From the NCBI GenBank assembly GCA_002269645.1, contig NIVC01001283.1, positions 62,001 to 126,000 on the forward strand: a stretch of DNA of 64,000 nucleotides. The letters are read 5' to 3'. Positions 1-15,520 of the stretch are shown here, one piece after another. This DNA comes from Macrostomum lignano (Eukaryota). A program made the translations under genes and the position numbers. Position 1 is the first letter of the stretch. Every line of letters begins with the position of its first letter. The notes beneath the pieces were generated by a model. That model saw nothing but the letters and a program-made list of their open reading frames with translations. It did no database searches and had not been told where the DNA came from.

Positions 1-320
1 ACTCACTCTCTCACTCTCTCACTCTCTCACTCTCTTACTCTCTCACTCTCTTACTCTCTCACTCTCTTACTCTCTTACTCTCTCTCTCTCTCACTCTCTC
101 ACTCTCTCACTCTCTTATTCTCTCACTCTCTTACTCTCTCACTCTCTCACTCTCTTACTCTCTCACTCACTCACTGTCTCACTCTCTTACTCTCTCACTC
201 ACTCTCTCACTCTCTTACTCTCTTACTCTCTTACTCTCTCACTCTCTCACTCTCTCACTCTCACTCTCTCTCACTCTCTCACTCTCTCACTCTCTCACTC
301 TCTCACTCTCTCACTCTCTG
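1..320. repeat. CT-rich degenerate microsatellite (ACTCTCTC/TTACTCTC), runs off the window edge
   Basis: Directly visible. Confidence 0.95.
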
Positions 321-912
321 ACTGTCCCCCTCTCTTATCATGATTTATCAAATCTTCTTAACTCTCCTACTACTTCCATTTCCTTGCAAGTCCCCTCTCC
401 CCAGCATCTCCCCGCTACTCCCACATTACTTTTTCACCCCGAACTTGCCCGCCAACTGCCTCTCACCCTCTCAGCCTCCCTAAAATCTGATTTCCCATAT
501 TGTCCCCATAAGTTCTCCATCATTAGCGTGAATTACTCCAATCTGCATTATTATTTACATATCTACCAACCCATTTGCTCAACTCATTCTACGAAATCAA
601 GCCGCTAACCAAGGTGAAAAAAGGCGCAAGAAAACACGGAGCCACATTGCCTTAATAATTCACCTGACTGGGTTGGGGCCGGGGCGTGTGGGGGGCAATT
701 AAAAAACCTGTCTCCCGTTAAAGCGCATGCGGAACATAATGCAGCAATAAATTTGCTTAAAAAATCACCCAGCTATCAGTGGAGTAACAGTGGATGTTGC
801 ATTAGCAGTGCAATAACAGCCGGTGAAATCCGCTGCCTTATTGCGCAATTTGCAATAACCGCACCAGTGCATTTGGGTTGAGCCGCACACGAAGAACAAA
901 TTGATACAATCA

Positions 913-1018
913 ATGGTTAACGCTCGTGCTCTGCTAGCGTTTGTAGCAGTATTGATTTACAGTATTCTGACTTATAATGCCAAACCAAAAGATAAATTTT
1001 TGCGACTATGGGACACAG
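913..1018 (+). CDS. Candidate first exon of a secreted or signal-anchored protein
   Basis: ATG 913 gives MVNARALLAFVAVLIYSILTYNAKPKDKFLRLWDT, then donor G|GTGAAT at 1019. There is a hydrophobic N-terminal stretch and a GC-box-like GGGGCGTG near 682. Downstream exons are unresolved. Confidence 0.35.
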
Positions 1019-1776
1019 GTGAATAAGCTCTTTTGGACAGGACTCGAGCTCGGGACCTTCGAGACAGGTGAGTAAGCTTTTAGACAGGACTCGAGCTCGG
1101 GACCTTCGAGATAGGTGAGTAAGCTTTTAGACAGGATTCGAACTCGGGACCTTCGAGACAGGTGAGTAAACTCTTGGACAGGACTCGAGCTCGGGACCTT
1201 CGAGACAGGTGAGTAAGCTCTCTTGGACAGGACTCGAGCTCGGGACCTTCGAGACAGGTGAGTAAGCTCTTTTGGACAGGACTCGAGCTCGGGACCTTCG
1301 AGACAGGTGAGTAAACTCTTTTGGAAAGGACTCGAGCTCGGGACCTTCGAGACAGGTGAGTAAACTCTTGGACAGGACTCGAGCTCGGGACCTTCGAGAC
1401 AGGTGAGTAAGCTTTTAGACAGGATTCGAACTCGGGACCTTCGAGACAGGTGAGTAAACTCTTGGACAGGACTCGAGCTCGGGACCTTCGAGACAGGTGA
1501 GTAAACTCTTTTGGACAGGACTCGAGCTCGGGACCTTCGAGACAGGTGAGTAAGCTCTTTTGGACAGGACTCGAGCTCGGGACCTTCGAGACAGGTGAGT
1601 AAGCTCTTTTGGACAGGACTCGAGCTCGGGACCTTCGAGACAGGTGAGTAAGCTCTTTTGGACAGGACTCGAGCTCGGGACCTTCGAGACAGGTGAGTAA
1701 GCTTTTAGACAGGACTCGAGCTCGGGACCTTCGAGACAGGTGAGTAAGCTCTTTTGGAGAGGACTCGAGCTCGGGA
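1012..1776 (+). repeat. 47-50 bp minisatellite containing CAG|GTGAGT
   Basis: Unit GACTCGAGCTCGGGACCTTCGAGACAG+GTGAGTAAGCTCTTTTGGACAG, 15 full units. Confidence 0.95.
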
Positions 1777-2364
1777 CTCAAGATTCCTCTACCAGCTATA
1801 ATTAGCCTGGGAAATTTCTCCCAGGTGTCTCGTATTGAGCAGCACAGGGCAGATTTGCAATGGAGAGCTTTCTCCTAGAGGAAGAAAAAGTGCAACTCCA
1901 AGCCCCAACTCCGCCCAAGGAACAATCCAGCTGCTTCGGATGAAGCAGCAACGGGAAACAAGAAAATCCGTTAAGCAAAAAAGCAATAGCCAGCAACAAC
2001 AAAAGCAACAATGGAGCGAAAAGCTGTCAGACTGTACCTACCGGATATTGCTAGCTATGAACCCTTGCTCCAAGATCCATTGTCTGCCTCAGCTACAAGA
2101 GACAGAGAGTGAGATGGCTAGAAGGCTTTGAACAATAAATCTATATTTTTGTGAAAAAAAGCAAGGGAAACCGGATATTCTAAAAAGAAGACCCGATCCG
2201 CAGTCCAGAAAGGTCTTCACGATGCGGCCAAAATCTCCATTTTGCTAGGGCGGTTAGGCCAGTGTTCTGGGCTTGCCAAGTTTCTGTGTGCTGCCGGCCA
2301 ATTAATGTAGATGCAGCTTATGCGCAAGAATTCATGTTTCTCATTTTTTAATTTGATCTGCATT

Positions 2365-3570
2365 CTCCTTTCCGCCCTCTCTTCCGCCCTCTCTTCCGCC
2401 CTCTCTTCCGCTCTCTCTTCCGCCCTCTCCTCCACTCGCTCTTCCACCCTCTCTTCCGCCCTCTCTTCCGCCCTCTCATCCACTCTCTCTTTCGCCCTCT
2501 CTTCCGCCCTCTCTTCCGCCCTCTCCTCCACTCTCTCTTTCGCCCTCTCTTCCGCCCTCTCTTCCACCCACTCCTCCACTCGCTCTTCCACCCTCTCTTC
2601 CACCCTCTCTTCCATCCTCTCTTCCGCCCTCTCTTCCGCCCTCTCTTCCGCTCTCTCTTCCGCCCTCTCCTCCACTCTCTCTTTCGCCCTCTCTTCCGCC
2701 CTCTATTCCGCCCACTCCTCCACTCTCTCTTCCGCCCTCTCTTCCACCCTCTCTTTCATCCTCTCTTCCGCCCTCTCTTCCGCCCACTCCTGCACTCTCT
2801 CTTCCGCTCTCTCTTCCGCCCTCTTTTCCGCCCCTATTTTCCACCCTCTCTTCTGCCCTCTCTTCCGCTCTCACCTTCTTCTCTACCGCCTCTTTTCCGC
2901 CCTCTCTTCCGCCCTCTCTTCCGCCCTCTCTTCCGCTCTCTCTTCCGCCCTCTCCTCCACTCGCTCTTCCACCCTCTCTTCCGCCCTCTCTTCCGCCCTC
3001 TCCTCCACTCTCTCTTTCGCCCTCTCTTCCGCCCTCTCTTCCGCCCTCTCCTCCACTCTCTCTTTCGCCCTCTCTTCCGCCCTCTCTTCCACCCACTCCT
3101 CCACTCGCTCTTCCACCCACTCCTCCACTCGCTCTTCCACCCTCTCTTCCACCCTCTCTTCCATCCTCTCTTCCGCCCTCTCTTCAGCCCTCTCTTCCGC
3201 TCTCTCTTCCGCCCTCTCCTCCACTCTCTCTTTCGCCCTCTCTTCCGCCCTCTATTCCGCCCACTCCTCCACTCTCTCTTCCGCCCTCTCTTCCACCCTC
3301 TCTTTCATCCTCTCTTCCGCCCTCTCTTCCGCCCACTCCTGCACTCTCTCTTCCGCTCTCTCTTCCGCCCTCTTTTCCGCCCCTATTTTCCACCCTCTCT
3401 TCTGCCCTCTCTTCCGCTCTCACCTTCTTCTCTACCGCCTCTTTTCCGCCCTCTCTTCCGCCCTCTCTTCCGCCCCTTTTTTCCGCCCTCTCTTCTGCCC
3501 TCTCTTCCGCTCTCTCTTCCGCTCTCTCTTCCGCCCTCTCTCCCGCCCTCTCTTCCGCCCTCACTTCCTC
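2365..3570. repeat. 12-bp minisatellite CTCTCTTCCGCC with an internal ~550-bp block duplication
   Basis: Directly visible. Confidence 0.95.
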
Positions 3571-4449
3571 CCTCTTTACCACCCTCCACACAGTACTTCG
3601 AAATTTTTTTATGGCTTTCAACTTGAAAAATAAATCATACACATTCACATTGCTTTTTTCTTGTCTTTCCGATACACTGATGGACAGTCTCAAGTGCGAG
3701 CTTACCCCATCGCTAAAGCTGTAGCCCAGATTCCTGCTCTTCTGGGAACTGCATGGCAGTCCAGCCTCTGTAGGGTAAAAGAAATACCTTCTCATTTTCT
3801 TTTCGCTCGAGACACATTTTTGCCATCCATCCCTGAGTTTCTGCTGCTTCAAGAGGAAGACTGGGAAAGCAGGGAGCGGCCCTCTTCCGCAAGGATATTT
3901 CTATCCAAAATAATCCCCCCCCGAAATGCATAAACTTCTGTTCTGAAAAGGCCGCCTCCCCCAACACGCATAAGACAATTTATTTCAGTTGCTTGCCTCA
4001 TTTCCCGGCGCAGACTTTTATATCCTCCTATTTTTCCCGAGGAAGGGGCGGAGGCAGGGGATTAACTGCCCCCCCACCCCAGTCTTCTTGCTGGACTCTC
4101 CGGCCAGAGGCGGTCGCCAGCCAAAGGATTTTCTAGGGGGATAATTCTCCAATTCTTTCTCCCACTTGCATCGGACTAGGATTGAATGAAAATGAGGCGC
4201 TGGGAGGGGAGGGGCAGGCGGTTTGGCGGCGGACAATAATTCTTACTTTCTTCCGCCGAAGAGGGGAAATCCGCTGGGCCCGCCTTAGCAGCCAGAAAAT
4301 CCCCGCCATGCACCCCAAGCAGTTTGATTGTGCCAGTAAAATTCTCCGGAATATTTTTGGCGGTAGATATTGCGCGCCTCTGCGTGAAAATTATTATTGA
4401 GAGCCAAACTCATTTAGGGCTGGGCAAATAGAGGGTGAAGGCAGGGTGG

Positions 4450-5100
4450 GAGAGAGAGAGTGACAGACAGACAGAGAGTGACGGAAAGGAGTGAGAGATT
4501 GACAGAAAGGAGTGAGAGAGTGACGGAAAGAAGTGAGAGAGAGAGACAGACAGTGAGAGTGACGGAAATGAGTGAGAGAGAGAGAGTGACGGAAAGGAGT
4601 GAGAGAGAGAGAGTGACAGAAAGGAGTGATAGAGAGAGAGTGATAGACAGACAGAGAGTGACGGAAAGGACTGAGAGAGAGTGACAGAAAGGAGTGAGAG
4701 AGAGTGACAGAAAGGAGTGATAGAGTGACAGACAGACAGAGAGTGACGGAAAGGAATGAGAGAGTGACATACAGACAGAGAGTGACGGAAAGAAGTGAGA
4801 GAGTGACATACAGACAGAGAGTGACGGAAAGAAGTGAGAGAGAGACAGACAGTGAGAGTGACGGGAAGGAGTGAGAGAGAGACAGACAGAGAGAGTGACG
4901 GGAAGGAGTGAGAGAGAGACAGACCGAGAGAGTGACGGGAAGGAGTGAGAGAGAGACAGACAGAGAGAGTGACGGGAAGGAGTGAGAGAGAGACAGACTG
5001 AGAGAGTGACGGGAAGGAGTGAGAGAGAGACAGACTGAGAGAGTGACGGGAAGGAGTGAGAGATTGACAGACAGAGAGAGTGACGGGAAGGAGTGAGAGC
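4450..5100. repeat. GA-rich minisatellite (GAGAGTGACGGAAAGGAGT core)
   Basis: Directly visible. Confidence 0.95.
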
Positions 5101-5549
5101 GTAACTCCTTTCGAAGAATCGCCAGCAGCCTCTGACAATCCATGAAAATGCTAAAAGCAGAAACCACAAAACTCAGAAAGAATCGAACGCCACCAGCCGA
5201 CACAAAAGAAAGAGAAGAAAGTGCAGCCTCACTCGTAGTAGCATTAAAATCGGTGCTTGATGGAGCTGAAAGTGAAACGGAAACTGGATGGCAATTGATG
5301 AAGCCGGCAGGCTGAAGAAGCCTCAGAAGAGAGCCTGTATGAATTGCTGTACTTAGGAAAAGCACAGGACCCACCCTCTTTCTCCGCTGCGGTTCAGCCT
5401 TCGGACCCGCCACTTTATCCCCGATCATAATCGGTACAAAAAATCTGTTCCAAGTGCAGGAAACTGTGCGGCCTCACTTGAAACTCCTGGCTGCTTGCTG
5501 GCGCTCCTAGAAGAAGAGAGTTGCTTAGCATAGCGCAGTTTTTGCGGTG

Positions 5550-6390
<841 letters not shown>

Positions 6391-6624
6391 CAGGGGCACG
6401 TGAATGGAGCGCAAGCAGACAGATAAGTTGCAGACAGTCACGGGCCACTCGTGTCCATAAAGTACCCTAAAGTAGATTGTCATGTTGCAGTTTAGGCTGT
6501 TCCAGATAAAGTTGAACGAGTACTTCATGTATTGTCTGTCTGCCGTAAGATGTATGAAAGCGAAGTGATTTTAAGAATCCATTAAGAATATATTTATGCA
6601 TTTTGGTTACAGTTTCACAAGAGA

Positions 6625-7830
6625 GTGACTCACGTGGCATTCTAAGTGACTCTCCTACAGTAGCCAGAGTGACTCTTCCACAGCCAGAGTGACTCTTCCA
6701 CAGCCAGAGTGACTCTCCCACAGCCAGAGTGACTCTCCCACTGCTAGAGTGACTCTCCTGTAGCCAGAGTGACTTTCCTGTAGCCAGAGTGACTCTCCTG
6801 CAGTAGTCAGAGTTACTCTTCTACAGCCAGAGTGATTCTTCTACAGTAGTCAGAGTGACTCTCTTACAGCTAGAGTGACTCTCCTACAGTCAGAGTGACT
6901 CTTACAACCAGAGTGACTCTTCCAGCCAGAGTGACTCTCTTACAGTCAGAGTGACTCTCCTGCAGCCAGAGTGACTCTCCCACAGCCAGAGTGACTCTTA
7001 CAACCAGAGGGACTTTCCTACAGTAGTCAGAGTGAATCTCCTACTGCCAGAGTGACTCTCCTACAGTTAGAGTGACTCTACTGAAGCCAGAGTGACTCCT
7101 GCATCCAGAGTGACTCTTACAACCAGAGGGACTTTCCTACAGTAGTCAGAGTGAATCTCCTACTGCCAGAGTGACTCTCCTGCAGCCAGAGTGACTCTCT
7201 TACAGTTAGAGTGAATCTCCTACTGCCAGAGTGACTCTCCTGCAGCCAGAGTGACTCTCTTACAGTTAGAGTGAATCTCCTACTGCCAGAGTGACTCTCC
7301 TGCAGCCAGAGTGACTCTCTTACAGTTAGAGTGAATCTCCTACTGCCAGAGTGACTCTCCTGCAGCCAGAGTGACTCTCTTACAGTTAGAGTGACTCTCC
7401 TGCAGCCAGAGTGACTCTCCTGCAGCCAGAGTGACTCTTACAACCAGAGTGACTCTTACAGCCAGAGTGACTCTCTTACAGTCAGAGTGACTCTCCTACA
7501 GCCAGAGTGACTCTCCTGCAGCCAGAGTGACTCTCCTGCAGCCAGAGTGACTCTCCTGCAGCCAGAGTGACTCTCTTACAGTTAGAGTGAATCTCCTACT
7601 GCCAGAGTGACTCTCCTGCAGCCAGAGTGACTCTCTTACAGTTAGAGTGACTCTCCTGCAGCCAGAGTGACTCTCCTGCAGCCAGAGTGACTCTTACAAC
7701 CATAGTGACTCTTACAGCCAGAGTGACTCTCTTACAGTCAGAGTGACTCTCCTACAGCCAGAGTGACTCTCCTACAGCCAGAGTGACTCTCCCACAGCCA
7801 AAGGGACTCTCCTGCAGCCAGAGTGACTCT
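6625..7830. repeat. ~20-bp minisatellite CCAGAGTGACTCTCCTGCAG
   Basis: Core AGAGT-G-ACTCT is a small inverted repeat. Confidence 0.95.
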
Positions 7831-8519
7831 TTGCCAACCGTTACAGACTGACAATAACTCTGTCAGTAATCCATAACTGATTTATCTCAATGAACCTTAA
7901 GCCACCAATTCCTAGGTAAATGTTTGCCGCAGTACCATAAAGACAATGACAGGCAAACTCTCGAGCTGTACTTCCCGTCCAGACAGTCATTTATTTTAGT
8001 TGCAGTGTTAATCCCTGAGCTGAATCCCAGGACACTAATCATGATTGAATTTGGAGCTGGGGCCTAGGAGGAGTTTTGTACGCTAGGCTTCTGGGCAGTA
8101 ATTGCTAGCTGGGATATTTTTCCCATTTTTACTCTTACGATGAAACTGGGAAGGCATATGGGTATAGCTGTACGCAATCAGTGACTTTGAGGTTCATATT
8201 GTCGCGACTGTCACAAATGCGCCCAGCCAGTGAAGTTGGGAATCGATAAGCTATAATTAAATCCCCATATATCTATCCGCGCGCGCCTGATCTCCACAAA
8301 CCCGACTGTTCTGACTGCCACCTCACAACTGTACGCTCTTACAAATTAGATTCTTTCTTATTGTTAATGCATGCGGACATTTGACTCACGCAGAGAAGAG
8401 ATGCCAAAATGCGTGGTTGAGTGCAGCCCTAACTGTGCTCAAATATGGAGAAAGGTATGGGAAGTACGGAGTCACGAATCCATAAGTTAGTGCTCCAGTT
8501 GTATCTAATCATTAGAAAC

Positions 8520-9060
8520 CATTGTCTATGGCATGAACCACTCCATCTAAACACTGTCTATGGCCTGAACTGCTCCATCTAAACACTGTCTATGGCCTGA
8601 ACTGCTCTATCTAAACACTGTCTATGGCCTGAACTGCTCAAGCCAAAAACTTTCTATGGCCTGAACTGCTCAATCTAAACACTGTCTATGGCCTAAACTG
8701 CTCCATCTAAACACTGTCTATGGCCTGAACTGCTCAAGCCAAAAACTTTCTATGGCCTGAACTGCTCCATCTAAACACTGTCTATGGCCTGAACTGCTCT
8801 ATCTAAACACTGTCTATGGCCTGAACTGCTCCATCTAAACATTGTCTACGGCCTGAACTGCTCTATCTAAACACTGTATATGGCCTAAACTACTCCATCT
8901 AAACACTGTCTATAGCCTGAACTGCTCTATCTAAACACTGTCTATGGCCTGAACTGCTCAAGCTAAAATTTTCTATGGCATGAACTGCTCAAGCTTAAAA
9001 CTGTCTATGGCCAGAACCACTCCATCTAAACACTGTCTATGGCATGAACTGCTCCATCTA
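8520..9060. repeat. 30-bp minisatellite (GTCTATGGCCTGAACTGCTCCATCTAAACAC-like)
   Basis: Directly visible. Confidence 0.93.
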
Positions 9061-9299
9061 AACCCCATCGGACGCCACTGTCTATGGCCTCAAACATAAT
9101 TATTTCATATTGTCCATTTTGCCGATTTCCAATCTCCCATACACCCCAGATCTTAATTAGACTCGGACATCTAATGAGGAAGAAAGAACCAACAGAAACT
9201 ACAAAAAAATTGTCGATTTTCTTTTGCACTTTAAGCAAACTTTCTCAACAAGTGCTCCCCCTACTCTGGCGGGAATCTCGGACTCTGTAGAGACAGAAT

Positions 9300-9304
<5 letters not shown>

Positions 9305-9365
<61 letters not shown>
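9305..9365. repeat. (GA)n microsatellite
   Basis: Directly visible. Confidence 0.98.
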
Positions 9366-9369
<4 letters not shown>

Positions 9370-10197
9370 TGTGACTTGGAGTCTGCCCATCACTTCAAGT
9401 CTTGAATTTGGTTTGCTATGTGAAAGTGGCTCGAGTGGACCCCTGCCCTACTCTCTCTGCACCCAGCAAGTCAGGGACTGCCAGTTATTGAGTTTCAGCC
9501 TCAACAATGCTGGGAGATCGATATTATCGGTAAGGGAGGGGGGAGCAGTTCAAGGAAAAACCCGCCGCACAAGTCTACAATTGACAACACGGCCGGGCAC
9601 TCGAGCTGGCGCGGCAATCAAGCTCTAGGGCAGGCGTTGCGATGAAGGAGTAGGCTGGATGCTGGATGGACAGAGGCTGTGCCCAAATTACGACTTTCTC
9701 TCCGAGCTCATTCGGCTTGTCTCGGTCGCCGAAGAGCTTCTTTAAGTCCGCCTAGAATTTCCAGTTAAAGAAAAGTGTTCAGCAAGGGAGACTGGAAGGG
9801 GCAGATGAAGAGGGACTGGCCCCGCACCCGTTTAACGAACTTGGTTCGAGTTTATCCCCCCAGGCCACCCGAGCGAGGAGGAGGGGACTTTGAGAAGGGG
9901 ATTTGAAGCCGGCGAAAAGGCGTTCGTACAAAACAGAAATCCGATATCCTCATCGGAAAGAAAAGAAAGATTTTGGGCCTCTCCAGTCAGAGCTGGGGGA
10001 AAGTCGGCATTTCCGAGTTCAATGCGAAATCGGTTCAAATCCGATAACGACACGGGAGTGCCTGCTTGGGATTCTGGCGGGGGACAGGGGAGCTGATTGA
10101 GTTATGGCCGAGATGGAGAGGAAAAAATCGCTTTGACTTCAAGTCGCGATGCTTTTTTGTTGACAAGCAAAGTTTCAATTTATTCGCGTTGCAATCG

Positions 10198-10458
10198 GGA
10201 TGAGGGATCGGGATCAGGGATCGGGATCAGGGATCGGGATCAGGGATCGGGATCAGGGATCGGGATCAGGGATCGGGATCAGGGATCGGGATCAGGGATC
10301 GGGATCAGGGATCGGGATCAGGGATCGGGATCAGGGATCGGGATCAGGGATCGGGATCAGGAATCGGGATCAGGGATCGGGATCAGGGATCGGGATCAGG
10401 GATCGGGATCAGGGATCGGGATCAGGGATCGGGATCAGGGATCGGGATCAGGGATTGG
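10198..10458. repeat. 13-bp minisatellite GGGATCGGGATCA
   Basis: Directly visible. Confidence 0.96.
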
Positions 10459-10787
10459 GATGCAGTTCGAAATAAATAAGTGACAACAGGCGTCCCATTG
10501 ATTTTCAAAACGGGATATGTTTGCTTTGGACAATGTGAGAGAGATGCAGAGCTGGAATTTGAGACACGCAGATGCTCAGCAAGAGGTCAGCTGAATCTAC
10601 CGGGGACACGAGCCCCTTCGCTGCAGTTGAAATCTCAGACGGTCTCACAGTCAGCCTGGGATGCTTATTGGGGATCAATGACAAGACTGGCTCGGGGATC
10701 AGAAAAGCGGAAGGGAGAGAATCCAAATTCTACGGAGCGAATGTTTGTGAGGCTTCTTGAAGTATGATTTCTTCGTTAACAGTGCTT

Positions 10788-11678
<891 letters not shown>

Positions 11679-12289
11679 CCATCAAGAATGATTGCTCTGC
11701 CAGCAATTTCCAATTAACGCTTTGCCAGAGCGCTCGAGCCAAAAGCCAGCCGCTGAGTCAGCCACAGCGCTTTTATCTGACTCGAGCTGGAAATCAGAGA
11801 TTGAAACAGGGACTCAAAGTCTCCGGACGCCGCCCTGAAAGTGGCATAGCGAGGCTGAGGTGGGGATAAGAATCCCGCCTGGAAAATCCCTTCCAACCGC
11901 CCAAGTTCCTCATTTCCATGGCGGGCCGAAGCAATTCCGTTCCGGCCGATAGCCGCTAATTTCTCCGCTGTGTGTTAAGAGCCTCCAAGAGCACCCCAGC
12001 TTCCTATCTTCCCCATCGCCTTCAAATCCCCAGCCTCCAGCGTCTATGAAAAGCCGAATTTTTAATACTTCCAGTTTGCTGCTCTTATCCAGCTTCTGTC
12101 TTCATCTCCTCCTCCCTCTCTCCCTGGATTGTAGCTGCTCAAAGTGACGCAACGGCCACAGCAATGCCCTATTCATGGATTGAGTCCTTCCGGCTGCCCC
12201 CGCCACCTATTCTGTACAGCCAGTGCTTTGCGAAAGTAGGCTGTGCTGAGCAAGTTTCCCTGCTTTGCCAGTCTCCCATCCCCATCTTG

Positions 12290-12625
12290 CTCTCCTCTCC
12301 ATCTCCCTCTCTCGCATCTCTCCCCTCTCCCTCTCCCTCTCTCCCTCTCCCTCTCTCCCTCTCCCTCTCTCCCTCTCCCTCTCTCCCTCTCCCTCTCTCC
12401 CTCTCCCTCTCTCCTCTCCCTCTCTCCCTCTCCCTCTCCCTCTCCCTCTCTCACATCTCTCTCCCTCTCCCTCTCTCCCTCTCCCTCTCTCCCTCTCCCT
12501 CTCTCCCTCTCCCTCTCTCCCTCTCCCTCTCTCCTCTCCCTCTCTCCCTCTCCCTCTCTCCCTCTCCTCTCTCCCTCTCCCTCTCCCTCTCCCTCTCTCA
12601 CATCTCTCTCCCTCTCCCTCTCTCC
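12290..12625. repeat. CT-rich (CTCCCT/CTCT) low-complexity tract
   Basis: Directly visible. Confidence 0.95.
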
Positions 12626-13934
12626 CTTTCGTCACTCTCATTCTCTCCCATCCTCTCAGATATACTTTAGACTCTCTCTTTTCTCTCCCCTGTCAAATAC
12701 AGTCAGAACCAGCACTCCCATTCAAACTCTCAATCCCCATCTAATTCTCCCTTCTTCCTCAGACACAAAGCGGACATCCCAGATTCGGCGCTAAATCCCG
12801 CTTTGATCCCCATCTGTCATTCGGCTCCAAAATAACCAACCATCCCTTTCTAGGAATGCAAATCAGAAAGTCTCAGTGGCAGCCAATCATCAAAATAATT
12901 TAAATTCGAAGTCTGTAGTCAGGCAAAACTAAGCTTCTTGATAATTAGCGAGATTTGCCGACCTACTTAATTTCTGGTTACGCAACTGGGTAGCATGGTC
13001 TTTAAAATATGTTTGGGTTGTCTGCTTTCTTGTTCTATTGAAATTCTATAAGCTAGGGGAGATCCGGGGTTTGAATCCGCACTCGGTCACCTTAATTATC
13101 CTGGGGGGGGGGCTTGCTGACTTGTTCAGTCCGATGATGGCCGACCCCCAAGGCACAGTGAAGTGTACATGCCTGACCATTAGAAAGTCAGGCTGCTGTA
13201 CACCCAGTGTTAGGAGTGCATGCCTGAAGTCGCTGTCTATGGCGCAATCCAGGCAGGCCTCTTCAAAAATCACATTTGGAACAATTGCGCGGCCTGCATT
13301 TAAAAATCATCCCGTAGATGATGAACAGTGGCAGTTGCTAGGAGGAAATATTGAGAAATCGTGCAGGCTTCCAGTTTCCAAGAATCACATTCCACAAGAG
13401 AACCGATTGGAACTGCCTATCAGCTTTGACAGCCGCCAACAGTCAGCATTAGATAGCTCATATCCGTTTCTGTGGGAAAATTATTCCATCGATAATTGAA
13501 AAGCAATGCCTGTGTGATGGTATTGTTCCTTGAGGAAAAAATAATTTGAATCTTCCCAGGGAAGGGAAGATTGATTAGTTGCGGAGATCGCGGAAATTTC
13601 CACCAGTAGAATGGGGAGAAGATTATACCATCTGCCCCACTTGCACCCATTTGGACCGGGGTTGACGCGATAAAGACCTGACAGGGGTCTGTGTGCATGC
13701 GGGCCGCCCGCCTGTCTGCACCGTGGGGATTCGTCAAATCAAGATTGAGGAGGATAAGCAGGAGCAACAGGGCTGCCGGGGTTCAACAGAACCGGTGAAT
13801 GACTTGTGGGGGTGATTTCCAATCCGGATTGCGTGTTTTCAATTCTGTGCGTGAGTGCGAAAGTCAGTCAGATTTTTGGCGGGCTGCTTTGAGGAGAATT
13901 TTTATGGTGCCCGGATAAATTGATGGAATTGAAG

Positions 13935-15520
13935 AGAGGGAGGGATGGAGAGACGGAGAGAAGGAGAAAGGGAGAGAGAGGGGGAGAGTAAGTGTGAGAG
14001 ATATAGATAGGGAGAGAGGGGGGAGAGAGAGGCAGAGGGAGAGAGAGGGGGAAAGACATGGAGGGAGAGAAGGAGAGGGAGAGAGAGGGGGAAAGAGAGA
14101 GAGGTAGAGGGAGAGAGAGGGGGAGAGACATGGAGGGAGAGAAGGAGAGGGAGAGAGAGGGGGAAAGAGAGAGAGGTAGAGGGAGAGAGAGGGGGAGAGA
14201 GGGAGGAGAGAAGGAGAAAGGAGGGAGAGTTGGAGAAAAATCGAGGGAGAAGGAGAGAGGAAGACAGGGAGAGAGGGAGAAGGAGAGAGGAAGACAGGGA
14301 GAGAAGGAGAGAAGAAGAGGGAGAGAGGAAGACAGGGAGAGAGGAGAGAAGAAGAGGGAGAGAGGAAGACAGGGAGAGAAGGAGAGAAGAAGAGGGAGAG
14401 AGGGAGAGAGGGAGAGAGGGAGAAGGAGAGAGGAAGACAGGGAGAGAGGGAGAAGGAGAGAGGAAGACAGGGAGAGAAGGAGAGAAGAAGAGGGAGAGAG
14501 GAAGACAGGGAGGTAGGAGAGAAGAAGAGGGAGAGAGGAAGACAGGGAGAGAAGGAGAGAGAAGAGGAAGACAGGGAGAGAGGAGAGAAGAAGAGGGAGA
14601 GAGGAAGACAGGGAGAGAGGAGAGAAGAAGAGGGAGAGAGGAAGACAGGGAGAGAAGGAGAGAAGAAGAGGGAGAGAGGAAGACAGGGAGAGAAGGAGAG
14701 AAGAAGAGGGAGAGAGGAAGACAGGGAGAGAGGGAGAAGGAGAGAGGAAGACAGGGAGAGAAGGAGAGAGGGAGAGAGGCAGAGAGGGAGAGAGGGAGAA
14801 GGAGAGAGGAAGACAGGGAGAGAGGGAGAGAGGGAGAGAGGAAGACAGGGAGAGAGGGAGAAGGAGAGAGGAAGACGGAGAGAGGAGAGAAGAAAAGGGA
14901 GAGAGGAAGACAGGGAGAGAAGGAGAGAAGAAGAGGGAGAGAGGAAGACAAGGAGAGAGGGAGAGAGGGAGAGAGGGAGAGAGGAAGACAGGGAAAGAGG
15001 GAGAAGGAGAGAGGAAGACAGGGAGAGAGGGAGAGAGGGAGAGAGGAAGACAGGGAGAGAGGGAGAAGGAGAGAGGAAGACAGGGAGAGAGGAGAGAAGA
15101 AAAGGGAGAGAGGAAGACAGGGAGAGAAGGAGAGAAGAAGAGGGAGAGAGGAAGACAGGGAGAGAGGGAGAGAGGGAGAGAGGAAGACAGGGAGAGAGGG
15201 AGAAGGAGAGAGGAAGACAGGGAGAGAGGAGAGAAGAAGAGGGAGAGAGGAAGACAGGGAGAGAGGAGAGAAGAAGAGGGAGAGAGGAAGACAGGGAGAG
15301 AAGGAGAGAAGAAGAGGGAGAGAGGAAGACAGGGAGAGAGGAGAGAAGAAGAGGGAGAGAGGGAGAGAGAAAGAGAGGAAGACAGGGAGAGAGGGAGAAG
15401 GAGAGAGGAAGACAGGGAGAGAAGGAGAGAAGAAGAGGGAGAGAGGGAGAGAGAAAGAGAGGGAGAGAGGGAAAGAGGGAGAGAAGGAGAAAAGGAGAGA
15501 AGGAGAGGGAGAGAGGGAGA
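13935..15520. repeat. 1.6-kb near-pure polypurine minisatellite (GAGAGGAAGACAGGGAGA core)
   Basis: Directly visible. Confidence 0.96.

Noticed and set aside
13055-13095. tRNA/SINE B-box-like GGTTTGAATCC (also GGTTCGAGT at 9843)
   Set aside because: No A box, cloverleaf or proper T-stem.
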